Origin: Nanobdellota archaeon
GTDB taxonomy: Archaea; Nanobdellota; Nanobdellia; Pacearchaeales; GW2011-AR1
Assembly (NCBI GenBank): GCA_030648155.1
Contig: JAUSIK010000016.1
Span: 81,944 to 145,943, forward strand
Reading direction: 5' to 3'
DNA: 64,000 bases
The position numbers and the translations under genes were made by a program. The notes beneath the pieces are model-generated. The model had not been told where the DNA came from. It searched no databases and saw only the letters and a program-made list of their open reading frames with translations. Positions 45,172-54,878 of this stretch are shown in pieces; position 1 is the stretch's first letter, and each line of letters starts with the position of its first letter.

Positions 45172-45208
45172 GTACGGGGAGCGATCCCTTATTAACCCCT
45201 CCCCGTAC
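45172..45208. other. GC-rich 10-bp-stem hairpin (gtacggggag ... ctccccgtac)
   Basis: Perfect inverted repeat with a 17-nt loop in an AT-rich intergenic region. A plus-strand TATA-like aaaggtttaaaca sits at 45138-45150. Confidence 0.5.
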
Positions 45209-45283
45209 GCTTAATTATTAAGATTTGAATGGAATTCTACATATAAGAGTTTTGAAGATAAAGAAATTCTCAATTTTAAAATA

Positions 45284-45365
45284 CGCCGACGCCCGGAATC
45301 GAACCGGGATATCCCGAAGGAAGCGAGTTCTCAAGACTCGTGCAGTACCATTGTGCCACGTCGGC
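45284..45365 (-). tRNA. tRNA-Ser(UGA)
   Basis: Acceptor GCCGACG/CGTCGGC, 3-bp D-stem, anticodon stem CGAGT/ACTCG, loop CTTGAGA, long variable arm, T-arm CCCGG-TTCGATT-CCGGG, discriminator G. Confidence 0.85.
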
Positions 45366-45470
45366 TTAATTATGCCTATATTTAGAGACTTATAAAGTTT
45401 TAGAATTCCATTCTTTTAGATACCATATAATTATATATTCAGTTTTTCTATTAGGCAATAAGGTAAAAAA

Positions 45471-46238
45471 ATGGAGGTATGTGCTTTAGCATCAGGTTCT
45501 AGTGGAAATTCCTTTTATGTAGGCAATGGCAAGGAAGGAGTTCTTATCGATGTTGGAATAACTTGCAAACAAATTTGCGAAAGACTTGCCAATAGAGGCA
45601 AAAATGCTGAAGGGATAAGGGCAATATTTATTACACATGAACATATTGATCATGTAAGAGGGGTCGACGTTTTTGCAAGGAAATTTGATATTCCAATATA
45701 CCTTACAAAGGGAACTAGTGAAAATTGCTTTGTATGCTCTAATAAAAGCCTGATTAGAATAATTAAAAATAATGAAATTGTAAAGATAGCCGACATGAAA
45801 ATAGAAGCTTTTTCTAAATTTCATCATGCTGTAGACCCTGTTTCATATAATGTTTACTTGAAGAAAAAAATAAGCATAATAACTGATGCTGGGTATGGAT
45901 GCAAGAATATTAAAAAACATATTTCAGATTCAGATTTTTTAATTATGGAGGCAAATCACGATGAGAGAATGTTAGAAAATGGGCCGTATCCATATTTTCT
46001 AAAAAATTTGATAAAAAGCGATGTAGGGCACTTATCCAACAAACAATCAGCTGAATGTGTTTTAGAAAATTCTTCTAAAAAATTGAAGAATATTGTTCTT
46101 TCCCATCTGAGTAAGACAAACAATACTCCGCAAATAGCTTTAATGGCCTTTAAATCTGCATTAAACCAAAAAAAAGATGTTCAACCTAATATAGATGTTT
46201 CTGTTAGAGAAGAGTCTACTGAATTGTATAGGATTTAG
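45471..46238 (+). CDS. MBL-fold metallo-hydrolase
   Basis: ITHEHIDHVRG (HxHxDH motif). Confidence 0.8.
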   Translation: MEVCALASGSSGNSFYVGNGKEGVLIDVGITCKQICERLANRGKNAEGIRAIFITHEHIDHVRGVDVFARKFDIPIYLTKGTSENCFVCSNKSLIRIIKNNEIVKIADMKIEAFSKFHHAVDPVSYNVYLKKKISIITDAGYGCKNIKKHISDSDFLIMEANHDERMLENGPYPYFLKNLIKSDVGHLSNKQSAECVLENSSKKLKNIVLSHLSKTNNTPQIALMAFKSALNQKKDVQPNIDVSVREESTELYRI

Positions 46239-46256
46239 TTTGGGATTTTATAGATA

Positions 46257-46271
46257 GAAAGATTTAAATAT
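46257..46271 (+). promoter_or_regulatory. BRE/TATA-like promoter motif (gaaagatttaaatat) upstream of glmS
   Basis: Identical 18-mer atagaaagatttaaatat also at 50645-50662. Confidence 0.5.
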
Positions 46272-46307
46272 TGTTATAATTGTAAAGTAGTATCAAATTA
46301 CAACAAA

Positions 46308-48107
46308 ATGTGCGGAATAATAGGATTTATTGGAGAAAAAGAAGCAAAGAACTTGCTTGTTGAAGGTTTAAAGAGATTAGAATATAGAGGTTACGATAGT
46401 TCTGGAATTTGTGTTAAAAATGATCTTGGGCTTAGTATTGTGAAAAATTTGGGAAAAATAGATCAGCTTGAAAAAGATTCTCGCCTTTCAAGTGTTAGAG
46501 GAAAAATTGGGATTGCACATACTAGATGGGCTACACATGGGGAGCCTAGTGAAGTGAACGCTCATCCTCATTGCGACTGTAAAAATGAACTGGCTGTTGT
46601 GCATAATGGAATAATCGAGAATTATTCTTCTTTGAAGAAGATATTAGAAAAAGAAGGACATAAATTCAAGAGCAAAACAGATTCAGAAGTTATTGCTCAT
46701 TTGTTGGAAAAATTCTATAAAGGAAATCTTGCAGAAGCTTTATTGAAAGTTCTTCCTCTTTTAGAAGGAACATATGGACTGGCAGTTATTGCCGAGAAAA
46801 GCGGCGAAATAGTTGTAGCTAAAAAAGGATCTCCATTGGTTTTGGGGATTGGAAATGGTGATATGTTTTTTGCTTCTGACCAAACTGCTTTAATAAATCA
46901 CGTTAATAAAATTATTTATCTTAATGATAATGAAATAGCTGTTTTAAGAAAAGATAATTTTGAAATAAAAAATATTAATGGAAAGAATGTTAACTATGAG
47001 ATTGAGGAATTGAAACTCGGTGCAGAAAGCATAGAGAAGAATGGATTTGAGCATTATATGCTTAAAGAAATATTTGAACAGCCTAAATCAGTAAAGAGCG
47101 CGCTTACTGGACGCTTGAATAAAGATGGCGTAAAACTATCAATTAATATAAATCTTAAGAAAATTGAAAGAGTTATATTGTTGGGCTGCGGCACAAGCTG
47201 GCATTCAGCATTAATAGGAAAATATGTGATTGAGGAATTGACTAATATTCCTGTGGAAGTAGATTACGCTTCTGAATTTAGGTATAGAAATACTCCAATT
47301 AGAGATTCTGATTTAGTAGTAGCCATATCCCAATCAGGCGAAACTGCAGATACTTTAGCTGCAATAAAAAAGGCAAAAGAATGCAATGCAAAAACAATAG
47401 GAATTGTGAATGCAGTTAGTTCTTCTATTGCAAGAGAATGCGGAACAGGAATTTATCTTCATGCAGGCCCTGAAATAGGTGTTGCAAGCACTAAAGCGTT
47501 TACTTCGCAAATTACCGCCCTTATTTTATTGGCTTTGTATATAAGAAAAGAAAGAGGAATGGAATTGGATAATGATTTATTAAAAGAAATAGCCTCTTTG
47601 CCGCAAAAGTTAATTCTTTCTCTTGAGAGCTGTGATGAAGTTGAAGAACTAGCTAAGAAATTTAAAGATAGCAAGAACTTTATTTTTTTGGGCAGGGGAT
47701 TTAATTTTCCGATAGCGCTTGAAGGAGCTTTAAAATTAAAAGAGATTTCTTATATTCATGCAGAGGGTTATCCTTCTGCAGAAATGAAGCATGGACCTAT
47801 AGCATTAATTGATGAAAATATGCCGTGCTTGTTTATATGCCCCCATGACCATACTTATGATAAAGTTTTGAGCAATATAGAAGAAGTAAAAGCAAGAAAG
47901 GGGAAAATAATTGCAATAACCGACAAAACTGATGATAAACTTTCCTCAATAGCGGACGAGATAATTTATGTTCCTGCGGTACATCCTATTCTTTCACCTC
48001 TTGTTAATGTTATACCTTTGCAATTATTTGCATATTTCGTTGCAAATATGAAGGGCTTGGACGTAGATAAGCCTAGAAATTTAGCTAAGTCTGTTACGGT
48101 TGAATAA
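46308..48107 (+). CDS. glmS: Glutamine--fructose-6-phosphate aminotransferase
   Basis: MCGIIGFIG N-terminal nucleophile, two SIS domains (GCGTSWHS, SQSGETADT) and the C-terminal ...NLAKSVTVE. Confidence 0.95.
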   Translation: MCGIIGFIGEKEAKNLLVEGLKRLEYRGYDSSGICVKNDLGLSIVKNLGKIDQLEKDSRLSSVRGKIGIAHTRWATHGEPSEVNAHPHCDCKNELAVVHNGIIENYSSLKKILEKEGHKFKSKTDSEVIAHLLEKFYKGNLAEALLKVLPLLEGTYGLAVIAEKSGEIVVAKKGSPLVLGIGNGDMFFASDQTALINHVNKIIYLNDNEIAVLRKDNFEIKNINGKNVNYEIEELKLGAESIEKNGFEHYMLKEIFEQPKSVKSALTGRLNKDGVKLSININLKKIERVILLGCGTSWHSALIGKYVIEELTNIPVEVDYASEFRYRNTPIRDSDLVVAISQSGETADTLAAIKKAKECNAKTIGIVNAVSSSIARECGTGIYLHAGPEIGVASTKAFTSQITALILLALYIRKERGMELDNDLLKEIASLPQKLILSLESCDEVEELAKKFKDSKNFIFLGRGFNFPIALEGALKLKEISYIHAEGYPSAEMKHGPIALIDENMPCLFICPHDHTYDKVLSNIEEVKARKGKIIAITDKTDDKLSSIADEIIYVPAVHPILSPLVNVIPLQLFAYFVANMKGLDVDKPRNLAKSVTVE

Positions 48108-48177
48108 GATTTTTTTAGATCTATTTAATAAAAATGTCTTTTACCACTAGAATCTTTTTATATAGCCTAAATGTTCC

Positions 48178-49728
48178 TTGCAGATGAAGAAGAGGCATTC
48201 ATTAACAATTTTGATTATTATCGTATTTTTATGGGTTATTTTTTTATTTGCATACAATCCAAAATTTTTGGGTTTTATTACATTTGGAGATCCTTACTTC
48301 AATAACTGCTTGACTAATTTAGTAGATAATTTTTCTCCTTTAAACTCAAAAGCTATTGTTTATTTAAAATTTAATAATCTATCATCATATGGGGAGTATG
48401 ATTTAATAGCTTGTGATTTTTCTGGCCATAATAATACTGCCCTTTTATCAAATCCCTTTTGGAATAGTTCTGGAGGTCCTTTTGGAGATGGCGCTTTTGA
48501 GTTTAAAGGAAATAATGATATCTCGATCCCTGATAAAGATGAATTAAGCCCTTCAACGACTCAAGCATTTTCAGTTTCATTCTGGATAAAACCATCGACC
48601 TTTAACTTTGCTGGAACAGCGTTTGATCATGATTGTGAATGTGCTGTTCATCCAATTTCTAAATATTCTTCTTTTTTAGGCAACAATCGGGAATAGTATT
48701 TCAGAATATATAATGCAAGTGCAGTTGATGGAGGCACTAACAGGCCAAAAAGAATTAGCTTTTATGTGTTCAATTTATCAGGTTCTATTGGCGCGGGATC
48801 ATATTTTCAAGATAATCTAAATGAAAATGAATGGATACACATTATAGGTATTATGAATGGAACACATACTCTTATTTATAAAAATGGAGTTTTAAGAGAT
48901 TTTGATGATATTTCTGGCTATGGTATAACTATGGGTAATGGGGTCGCTCCTGTGATTCTTGGAGGAATGTCTCATGGAGGTTATTTCTACGGGTCTATGG
49001 ATGAATTGAGAATATTTAATAGATCTTTGAATTCTAGCGAGATAATTGATTTATACAACTTGAATTTATCATTGATTCTAGATATATTAGATGTAAATAT
49101 AATATCTCCAGAGAATATTACATATAATATATCTAATTACTCTATAAATATAACTCTAGATAAAGCCGGCTATTGTGAATATTCTTTAGATGGAGGGGTT
49201 AGTAATAATAGTTTGGTGTCTAATTTAAGTAATGGCGGATTTACAACTATAAAGAATAATATTGCTGATGGAAATTATATATTGAATGTTTATTGTAATA
49301 ATAGTTTAGGCGTTAAGAATTATACTGAAAAAGTTTTTTTCTCAATTAATACTAGCAATATTTCTGCTATTATCACGGAAGAGCAATTTGATAATAATGT
49401 TGTAAGTTCATCTGGAGGAAGCAGTGGAGGAGGGGGCGGTTCTACGATCTCAAATGATGATGAAATAGAGATCAATAATACTCCAATTGAAAATTCTCCG
49501 CCTAAAAATGAAGAACCATCTAACTTTCAAGAAAATCAAGAGAATACTAATCAAGAAAATGAAAATAGCAATTTAGTTGGCCTTGCTATAAATGAAAATT
49601 TGCAAAGAGGAAAAATAAATATATCTTTAATTTTGATAGTTTCTATTTTTGTTGCTGCTGTGATAATTATTGCTTATAGAAAATTTAGACTTTTATTAAT
49701 CTATAATTGTCGAATTCTACATCCATGA
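48178..49728 (+). pseudogene. LamG/concanavalin-like surface protein interrupted by one in-frame TAG (48694-48696); C-terminal G/S linker, N/E/Q-rich spacer and TM anchor
   Basis: Track ORFs 48178..48696 and 48766..49728 (GTG start) are in the same frame, and no further stop lies between them. The LamG domain is split across the TAG (FSVSFWIKPS... upstream and NEWIHIIGIMNGTHTLIYKNGV...GSMDELRIFNRSL downstream). Confidence 0.55.
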
Positions 49729-50506
49729 AATCAGTGCGTATGCCTGCATAGCCTTCATTTAATAAAGGAGATTTGGAACTTAGACTGCCGTCAGTTACAT
49801 CTAGAACTAATGCCCATGTTCCTGTCCAACCTTTATCAAGATATAATTTTATATTTACCTTTCCATTTAAGTTTGTAACTTGACTTTTTAGGCCTAGCCA
49901 GACATTTTTAGGAAGAAGGTTTGGGCTTGATGCTCTATTATAGGTACCTGTAAATATTTTTTTTGATGCTAGGGTATAATATTGGCCATTTAGTTTCTTT
50001 TTAATTATCGCCGTACCATCAACTCTAATGCCTGCATAATAAAGATTGTTGCTATTTTGATATCTACTCATCAAGAGAAGCCCGTTATGCTCATCTCTAT
50101 TTGGACTTTTACTTAGCTGATCCCTATTTATTTTAAAATAAGACATTTGCTGGAAATTCTGCCATTTAGACCTGGATAATAATCTAAAAATATTTTGAGG
50201 GTGATATCCATTATCCGTATCTACTGGATTTGAAGCTAGATAAATCAAACGCCATTTATCGGTCGCTGAAAGCTCTTTTTGAATGGTTTTACCTCTTCCA
50301 TTTGATAGGTTTAATTTTGCTCCTGAATTTAACCACCAATAAGGGCTGGAAGTTAGAGAGTCGCTTGATGCCTCGTAGAGAACTCCATTAGTATTAAAAG
50401 AATATAGATAAGGAGAGGTTATTAAGGCAGGGGTAGTGGCCTCAACTCTAATTACAATTAAGGATATTACAATCACGGCAAATACTAATAAGTCCCTCTT
50501 TTTCAT
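49685..50506 (-). CDS. Secreted jelly-roll (LamG/DUF1080-like) protein
   Basis: Signal-like N-terminus and the C-terminal GYAGIRTDFMDVEFDNYRL. Confidence 0.55.
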   Translation of the reverse strand: MKKRDLLVFAVIVISLIVIRVEATTPALITSPYLYSFNTNGVLYEASSDSLTSSPYWWLNSGAKLNLSNGRGKTIQKELSATDKWRLIYLASNPVDTDNGYHPQNIFRLLSRSKWQNFQQMSYFKINRDQLSKSPNRDEHNGLLLMSRYQNSNNLYYAGIRVDGTAIIKKKLNGQYYTLASKKIFTGTYNRASSPNLLPKNVWLGLKSQVTNLNGKVNIKLYLDKGWTGTWALVLDVTDGSLSSKSPLLNEGYAGIRTDFMDVEFDNYRLIKV

Positions 50507-50647
50507 ACATAGATTATATCAAAATATCATATATAAGGAAATAATGTTCTGGAAAGGATGTTTTGGGATGTAGATATTGAAAGTTGATTAAGGTTGGTAA
50601 ATGGGAATTAATTTTTCTAATGTGTCATTACATAGTAATTACATATA

Positions 50648-50662
50648 GAAAGATTTAAATAT
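50648..50662 (+). promoter_or_regulatory. BRE/TATA-like promoter motif (gaaagatttaaatat)
   Basis: Ends 21 nt before ATG 50683. Confidence 0.5.
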
Positions 50663-50682
50663 AGGTAAATTAACTCTAATTT

Positions 50683-52110
50683 ATGAAAAAATTAATAAAT
50701 AAAATTTTTAAAATGAAAAGAAAACAAAAAGTAGCAGTTATAGGCATGGGATACGTTGGTTTTCCCTTGGCTTGTGCAATTGCTCGGTCAAAAAAATATG
50801 AAGTTTATGGTATTGATATTGATGAAAAAAAGATTGAACAAATAAAAAGAAGAATTTCACCTGTTGAAGATAAACAAGCTCAAAAAGATATTAAAAAAGT
50901 AAAAATAAATGCCACTACGGATTTATCAACTCTTAAAGAAATGAAATATATTATAATATGCGTTCCTACTCCTATTGATCATAATAAAAATCCAGATTTA
51001 ACTCCTGTAAAAAGGGCAACTGAAAGCATTGCTAAAAATTTAAAAAAAGGCCAACTTATAATACTAGAGTCTACTGTTAACCCGGGAGTTTGTGAAGAAG
51101 TTATATTGCCTATTCTTGAAGAAACAGGCTTAAAGGGAGGAATAGATTTTGAATTAGCCCATTGTCCTGAAAGAATTAATCCAGGAGATGCAAATTGGAA
51201 TGTTTATAATATTCCTAGAAATATTGGGGGCTTGACATTAGAAGGGACAAAAAAAATAGGAAATTTTTATAGAACTTTTATTAATGCACCAATTAAAGTG
51301 ATGTCTTCCCTAAAAACAGTTGAATCCACAAAGATAATTGAAAATACTTTTAGAGATATTAATATTGCTTATGTAAATGAACTTGCTAAATCTTTTGATA
51401 AATTAGGAATAGATGTAATGGAAGTGATTAATGGTGCTTCAAATAAACCGTTTGCCTTTATGGCACATTATCCGGGATGTGGTGTTGGTGGACATTGCAT
51501 TCCTGTAGATCCTTATTACCTTATTGATTACGCTGCAAAAAATGGATTTAATCATAACTTGCTTAAAGTTGCGAGAAAGATAAATAACAGCATGCCTATG
51601 TATACTGTTGATAAACTAGTTAAGAAATTGAATGATTTAGATGTTCCTCTTAAAGATGCAAAAATAGGAGTTTTAGGAATTTCTTATAAGGCAAATATGG
51701 GGGATATTAGAGAAAGTCCTTCATTAGAAATGATTTCTAAATTGAAGAAAATGGGTTGTGATGTTTTCACATATGATCCATATTGCCCTGAAGAGTCTAA
51801 TGCTGAACTAGATGAAATATTAAATGAATGCGTTGGAGTTATTATAGCTACAAACCATAAACAATTTACTAAAATTAAAAAATGGAAAAACATTAGAATT
51901 ATTATTGATGGAAGAAATTGTTTATCCAAAACCAATATTGGAAAGAAAGTTACATTCTATGATGGAATTGGGAGAGGAATTAAAGACGATTTAGACTCAA
52001 CTGGTTCAAATAATATAAAAGATACCAAAAAAATTGATGGAATAATTATTGCAAAACCTCTCACTTTGCTTAATAAGGGCATGAGGTATATTAAAAATGA
52101 ACATCACTAA
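50683..52110 (+). CDS. Nucleotide-sugar dehydrogenase (UDP-GlcNAc/ManNAc 6-dehydrogenase-like)
   Basis: VAVIGMGYVGFPLA Rossmann start. The catalytic-Cys region GVGGHCIPVDPYYL is the WbpA/WecC/Cap5O-type pattern rather than the Ugd-type GGSCFPKD. Confidence 0.8.
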   Translation: MKKLINKIFKMKRKQKVAVIGMGYVGFPLACAIARSKKYEVYGIDIDEKKIEQIKRRISPVEDKQAQKDIKKVKINATTDLSTLKEMKYIIICVPTPIDHNKNPDLTPVKRATESIAKNLKKGQLIILESTVNPGVCEEVILPILEETGLKGGIDFELAHCPERINPGDANWNVYNIPRNIGGLTLEGTKKIGNFYRTFINAPIKVMSSLKTVESTKIIENTFRDINIAYVNELAKSFDKLGIDVMEVINGASNKPFAFMAHYPGCGVGGHCIPVDPYYLIDYAAKNGFNHNLLKVARKINNSMPMYTVDKLVKKLNDLDVPLKDAKIGVLGISYKANMGDIRESPSLEMISKLKKMGCDVFTYDPYCPEESNAELDEILNECVGVIIATNHKQFTKIKKWKNIRIIIDGRNCLSKTNIGKKVTFYDGIGRGIKDDLDSTGSNNIKDTKKIDGIIIAKPLTLLNKGMRYIKNEHH

Positions 52111-53389
52111 GAAAGAATTTATCCGGACATTTTTTGCATCTTGCATGTTTTTTATTATTGTTTATTTAGTAATTTCATTCAAAATTTATACCTTTTCAAA
52201 TTTTAGCTTTCTATATATTTATACCATTTTTATTACAACATTTATGCTCAGCAGAATTTTGGGCTCATTTTTCTATAGATCTTATAAAAAAAGACTTAAT
52301 GAAGACCAAAGAAAAATATTAAGGGCAGGGTACGAGCCTACACTTAGCATAGTTATACCCTGCAAAAATGAGGGAAAAGTTATATATCATACAATGCAGA
52401 AATGTTTAGAAACTAATTATCCAAAGAAAAAAATTGAAATAATTGCTATTAATGACGGCTCTACTGATAATACTTATGATGAGATGCTTAGATTGCAAAG
52501 AGATTATAATGATAGAAAAGTTAAAATAATAAACTTTAAGAAAAATAAGGGAAAAAGAAGGGCTATGTATCTAGGTTTTAAGAGAGCAAAGGGTGAAATT
52601 ATTCTTCAAATCGACAGTGACAGTTACCCTGAAGAAAATGCCTTTAAAAAAATTGTAATGCCTTTTATTGATAAGAGAGTAGGTGCTACAGTGGGGCATA
52701 CTGACCCTGCAAATAAAGATAAAAATTTAATGACTAAAGTTCAAACAGCTTATTATTTCATGTCATTTAGAGCATTAAAAGCCACTGAAAGCATTTTTGA
52801 TATGGTGTTCTGCTGTTCTGGATGTTTTTCAGCTTATAGAAAAGAATATGTTTTGCCCGTTCTGGATAAATGGATTGAAGAAAAATTCATGGGTAAGGAA
52901 ATAATTTTTGGTGATGATAGGGCATTAACAAATTGGATTATTAGGGAAGGATATAAGACAATTTATGTCGCTGAAGCACTAGCTTATACGGTTGTTCCAG
53001 AAAAATTAAAGCAATTTTTTAAACAACAAGTAAGATGGAAAAAAGGCTGGTTTATTAATTCAACTAGAATTCTTCCTGAAATAATAAGAAGAGATAAATT
53101 TGTAGCATTTACTTATTTTATTCCTTTAATTATATTAACATTGACAACTCCATTCATTGCTTTTAAAGCATTAATCCTAAACCCTCTAATTTTTGGCATC
53201 TCACCTTTCCATTATGTAATTGGCATAATGCTTGTCTCCTTTTTACTTTATACCCATTATACAATTTATTCTAAGGAAGGTTATGGAAAATATATGATTG
53301 TGTGGTCTATTCTAAATATGACTATATTTTCCTATATACTCCTTTATGCCCTTTATGATTTAAGAAATATGGCTTGGGGGACAAGATGA
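52097..53389 (+). CDS. Processive family-2 glycosyltransferase, hyaluronan-synthase/NodC/chitin-synthase-like
   Basis: SIVIPCKNEG, INDGSTD, QIDSDSY, CSGCFSAYRKE, GDDRALTN and QQVRWKKGW (QxxRW). TM segments flank the catalytic domain. Confidence 0.85.
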   Translation: MNITKKEFIRTFFASCMFFIIVYLVISFKIYTFSNFSFLYIYTIFITTFMLSRILGSFFYRSYKKRLNEDQRKILRAGYEPTLSIVIPCKNEGKVIYHTMQKCLETNYPKKKIEIIAINDGSTDNTYDEMLRLQRDYNDRKVKIINFKKNKGKRRAMYLGFKRAKGEIILQIDSDSYPEENAFKKIVMPFIDKRVGATVGHTDPANKDKNLMTKVQTAYYFMSFRALKATESIFDMVFCCSGCFSAYRKEYVLPVLDKWIEEKFMGKEIIFGDDRALTNWIIREGYKTIYVAEALAYTVVPEKLKQFFKQQVRWKKGWFINSTRILPEIIRRDKFVAFTYFIPLIILTLTTPFIAFKALILNPLIFGISPFHYVIGIMLVSFLLYTHYTIYSKEGYGKYMIVWSILNMTIFSYILLYALYDLRNMAWGTR

Positions 53390-54300
53390 AAGATAGCCAT
53401 CTTACTAAAACAAAAGTATTTTTCTTTATACTTTTAGTTTTCTTCTTGGCAGTTATATCTTCAGGATTACATTATTCTGATGAAGGTTCAAACTTAAATG
53501 TCTGGAAATCTATAGATTATATTGAGAATAATATTACTAAAATATTTGAAAAAGAAAAAGTTTTATTACAATACGGACAGGGCGAGTATTGTGAATTTAA
53601 GCCGCAAAATAATACAATCATATTAAGATTAGATGATATTGCTGCTTGGAGATATAAAGAAATATCAAATTGGATAATTACTGAAATATTGAGCAGGGAT
53701 ATGGGAGTAACTTTAGGAGTAATTCCACAGAATCTTGGGAAGGATCCTAAAGTTGTAAAATATCTTAATAATTTAAAGATGAATCCTTTAATTGAAATTT
53801 CATTGCATGGTTTTAATCATGAAGAAAATGAATTTCTGAATTTAAATGAAGAGGAGGCTTTGTCTAAGATTATTGCAGGAAAAAATGAAATAGTTAATGT
53901 CACAGGGGTTGTGCCTGCCACATTTATTCCCCCTTATAATGAATATTCTTCTGAAGTAAAAGACGCTTTAATGGAACAAGGCTTCAAAATATTTTCTGCC
54001 AAAGAAGATGAGTACAATATAGATCAAAATTATTATTCAATTGGGTACAATGCCCGAACTTATGACTTTTACACTAAAAGATTCATACCTGTAGAAGAGA
54101 TTATATCAGACTGCAGGCAATCCTTAAATAAAACTGGGATATGTGTGGTTATGATTCATCCGCAAGATTATTTAGCTGAACCGTCTAGTGAAAATATAGA
54201 CCTGGAAAAGTATAATGAATTCTTAAAACTTTTAAATGAGCTTCAAGAATTAGATGTTCAATTTAAGACATTTAAAGATCTTATTGAATGCCACAATTAA
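53374..54300 (+). CDS. Membrane-anchored polysaccharide deacetylase-like protein (NodB/DUF2334-like)
   Basis: N-terminal TM segment, then ILRLDDIAAW...SLHGFNHE...FIPPYNEY. The alternative start ATG 53386 forms an ATGA overlap with the GT2 stop. Confidence 0.6.
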   Translation: MGDKMKDSHLTKTKVFFFILLVFFLAVISSGLHYSDEGSNLNVWKSIDYIENNITKIFEKEKVLLQYGQGEYCEFKPQNNTIILRLDDIAAWRYKEISNWIITEILSRDMGVTLGVIPQNLGKDPKVVKYLNNLKMNPLIEISLHGFNHEENEFLNLNEEEALSKIIAGKNEIVNVTGVVPATFIPPYNEYSSEVKDALMEQGFKIFSAKEDEYNIDQNYYSIGYNARTYDFYTKRFIPVEEIISDCRQSLNKTGICVVMIHPQDYLAEPSSENIDLEKYNEFLKLLNELQELDVQFKTFKDLIECHN

Positions 54301-54335
54301 GAAAAATTTATATTTGTAGGAATTCTAAATAAATT

Positions 54336-54821
54336 ATGAAAGAGGAAACTGCGACATTTGGCATGGGGTGTTTTTGGGGAGTGGAACTTCTTTTTTCTAA
54401 GATAGAGGGGGTAAATTCTGCTACATCTGGATATATGGGTGGGGATGAGATAAAATATCCTAATCCAACTTATGAGCAGGTCTGCAGTGACGAGAGCGGT
54501 TATGCTGAAGTAGTTGAAGTTAAATATGATTCTAGCAAGATAAGTTATAAAGAATTGCTTAAAATATTCTTTGAGAATCATAATCCAACTACATTAAATA
54601 GGCAGGGGCCTGATTTTGGGAGCCAATACAGGTCAGTTATTTTTTATTATAGTGGTGAACAGAAAAAGATGGCTGAAAAGGTAAAAAAAGAATTTCAGGA
54701 TATGATTGGCAAGGAAAGAGAAATTGTTACTCAAATTGTAAAAGCTTCAACTTTTTTCCCTGCTGAAGAATATCATCAGAAGTACCTGGAAAAAAGAGGA
54801 GTAACTAGCTGTCATATTTGA
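54336..54821 (+). CDS. msrA: Peptide methionine sulfoxide reductase MsrA
   Basis: GMGCFWGVE active-site motif and GYAEVVEVKYD. Confidence 0.9.
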   Translation: MKEETATFGMGCFWGVELLFSKIEGVNSATSGYMGGDEIKYPNPTYEQVCSDESGYAEVVEVKYDSSKISYKELLKIFFENHNPTTLNRQGPDFGSQYRSVIFYYSGEQKKMAEKVKKEFQDMIGKEREIVTQIVKASTFFPAEEYHQKYLEKRGVTSCHI

Positions 54822-54878
54822 ACTTATTTATACGAGAATTAATCATAAGTAGAAGTATCTTGGCAAGAAAAAAATTAC

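Noticed and set aside
48694-48696. Genome-wide reassignment of TAG (amber) to a sense codon, suggested by in-frame TAGs in the LamG gene and in the small transporter remnant
   Set aside because: TAG is the terminal stop of several well-delimited conserved genes in this window: rpoD at 23687-23689, the M50 protease at 25693-25695, the RfaE-like kinase at 37618-37620, the MBL hydrolase at 46236-46238, and the ORFs ending at 8601 and 26632. The transporter remnant also has a frameshift. A local nonsense mutation or variant is more parsimonious.
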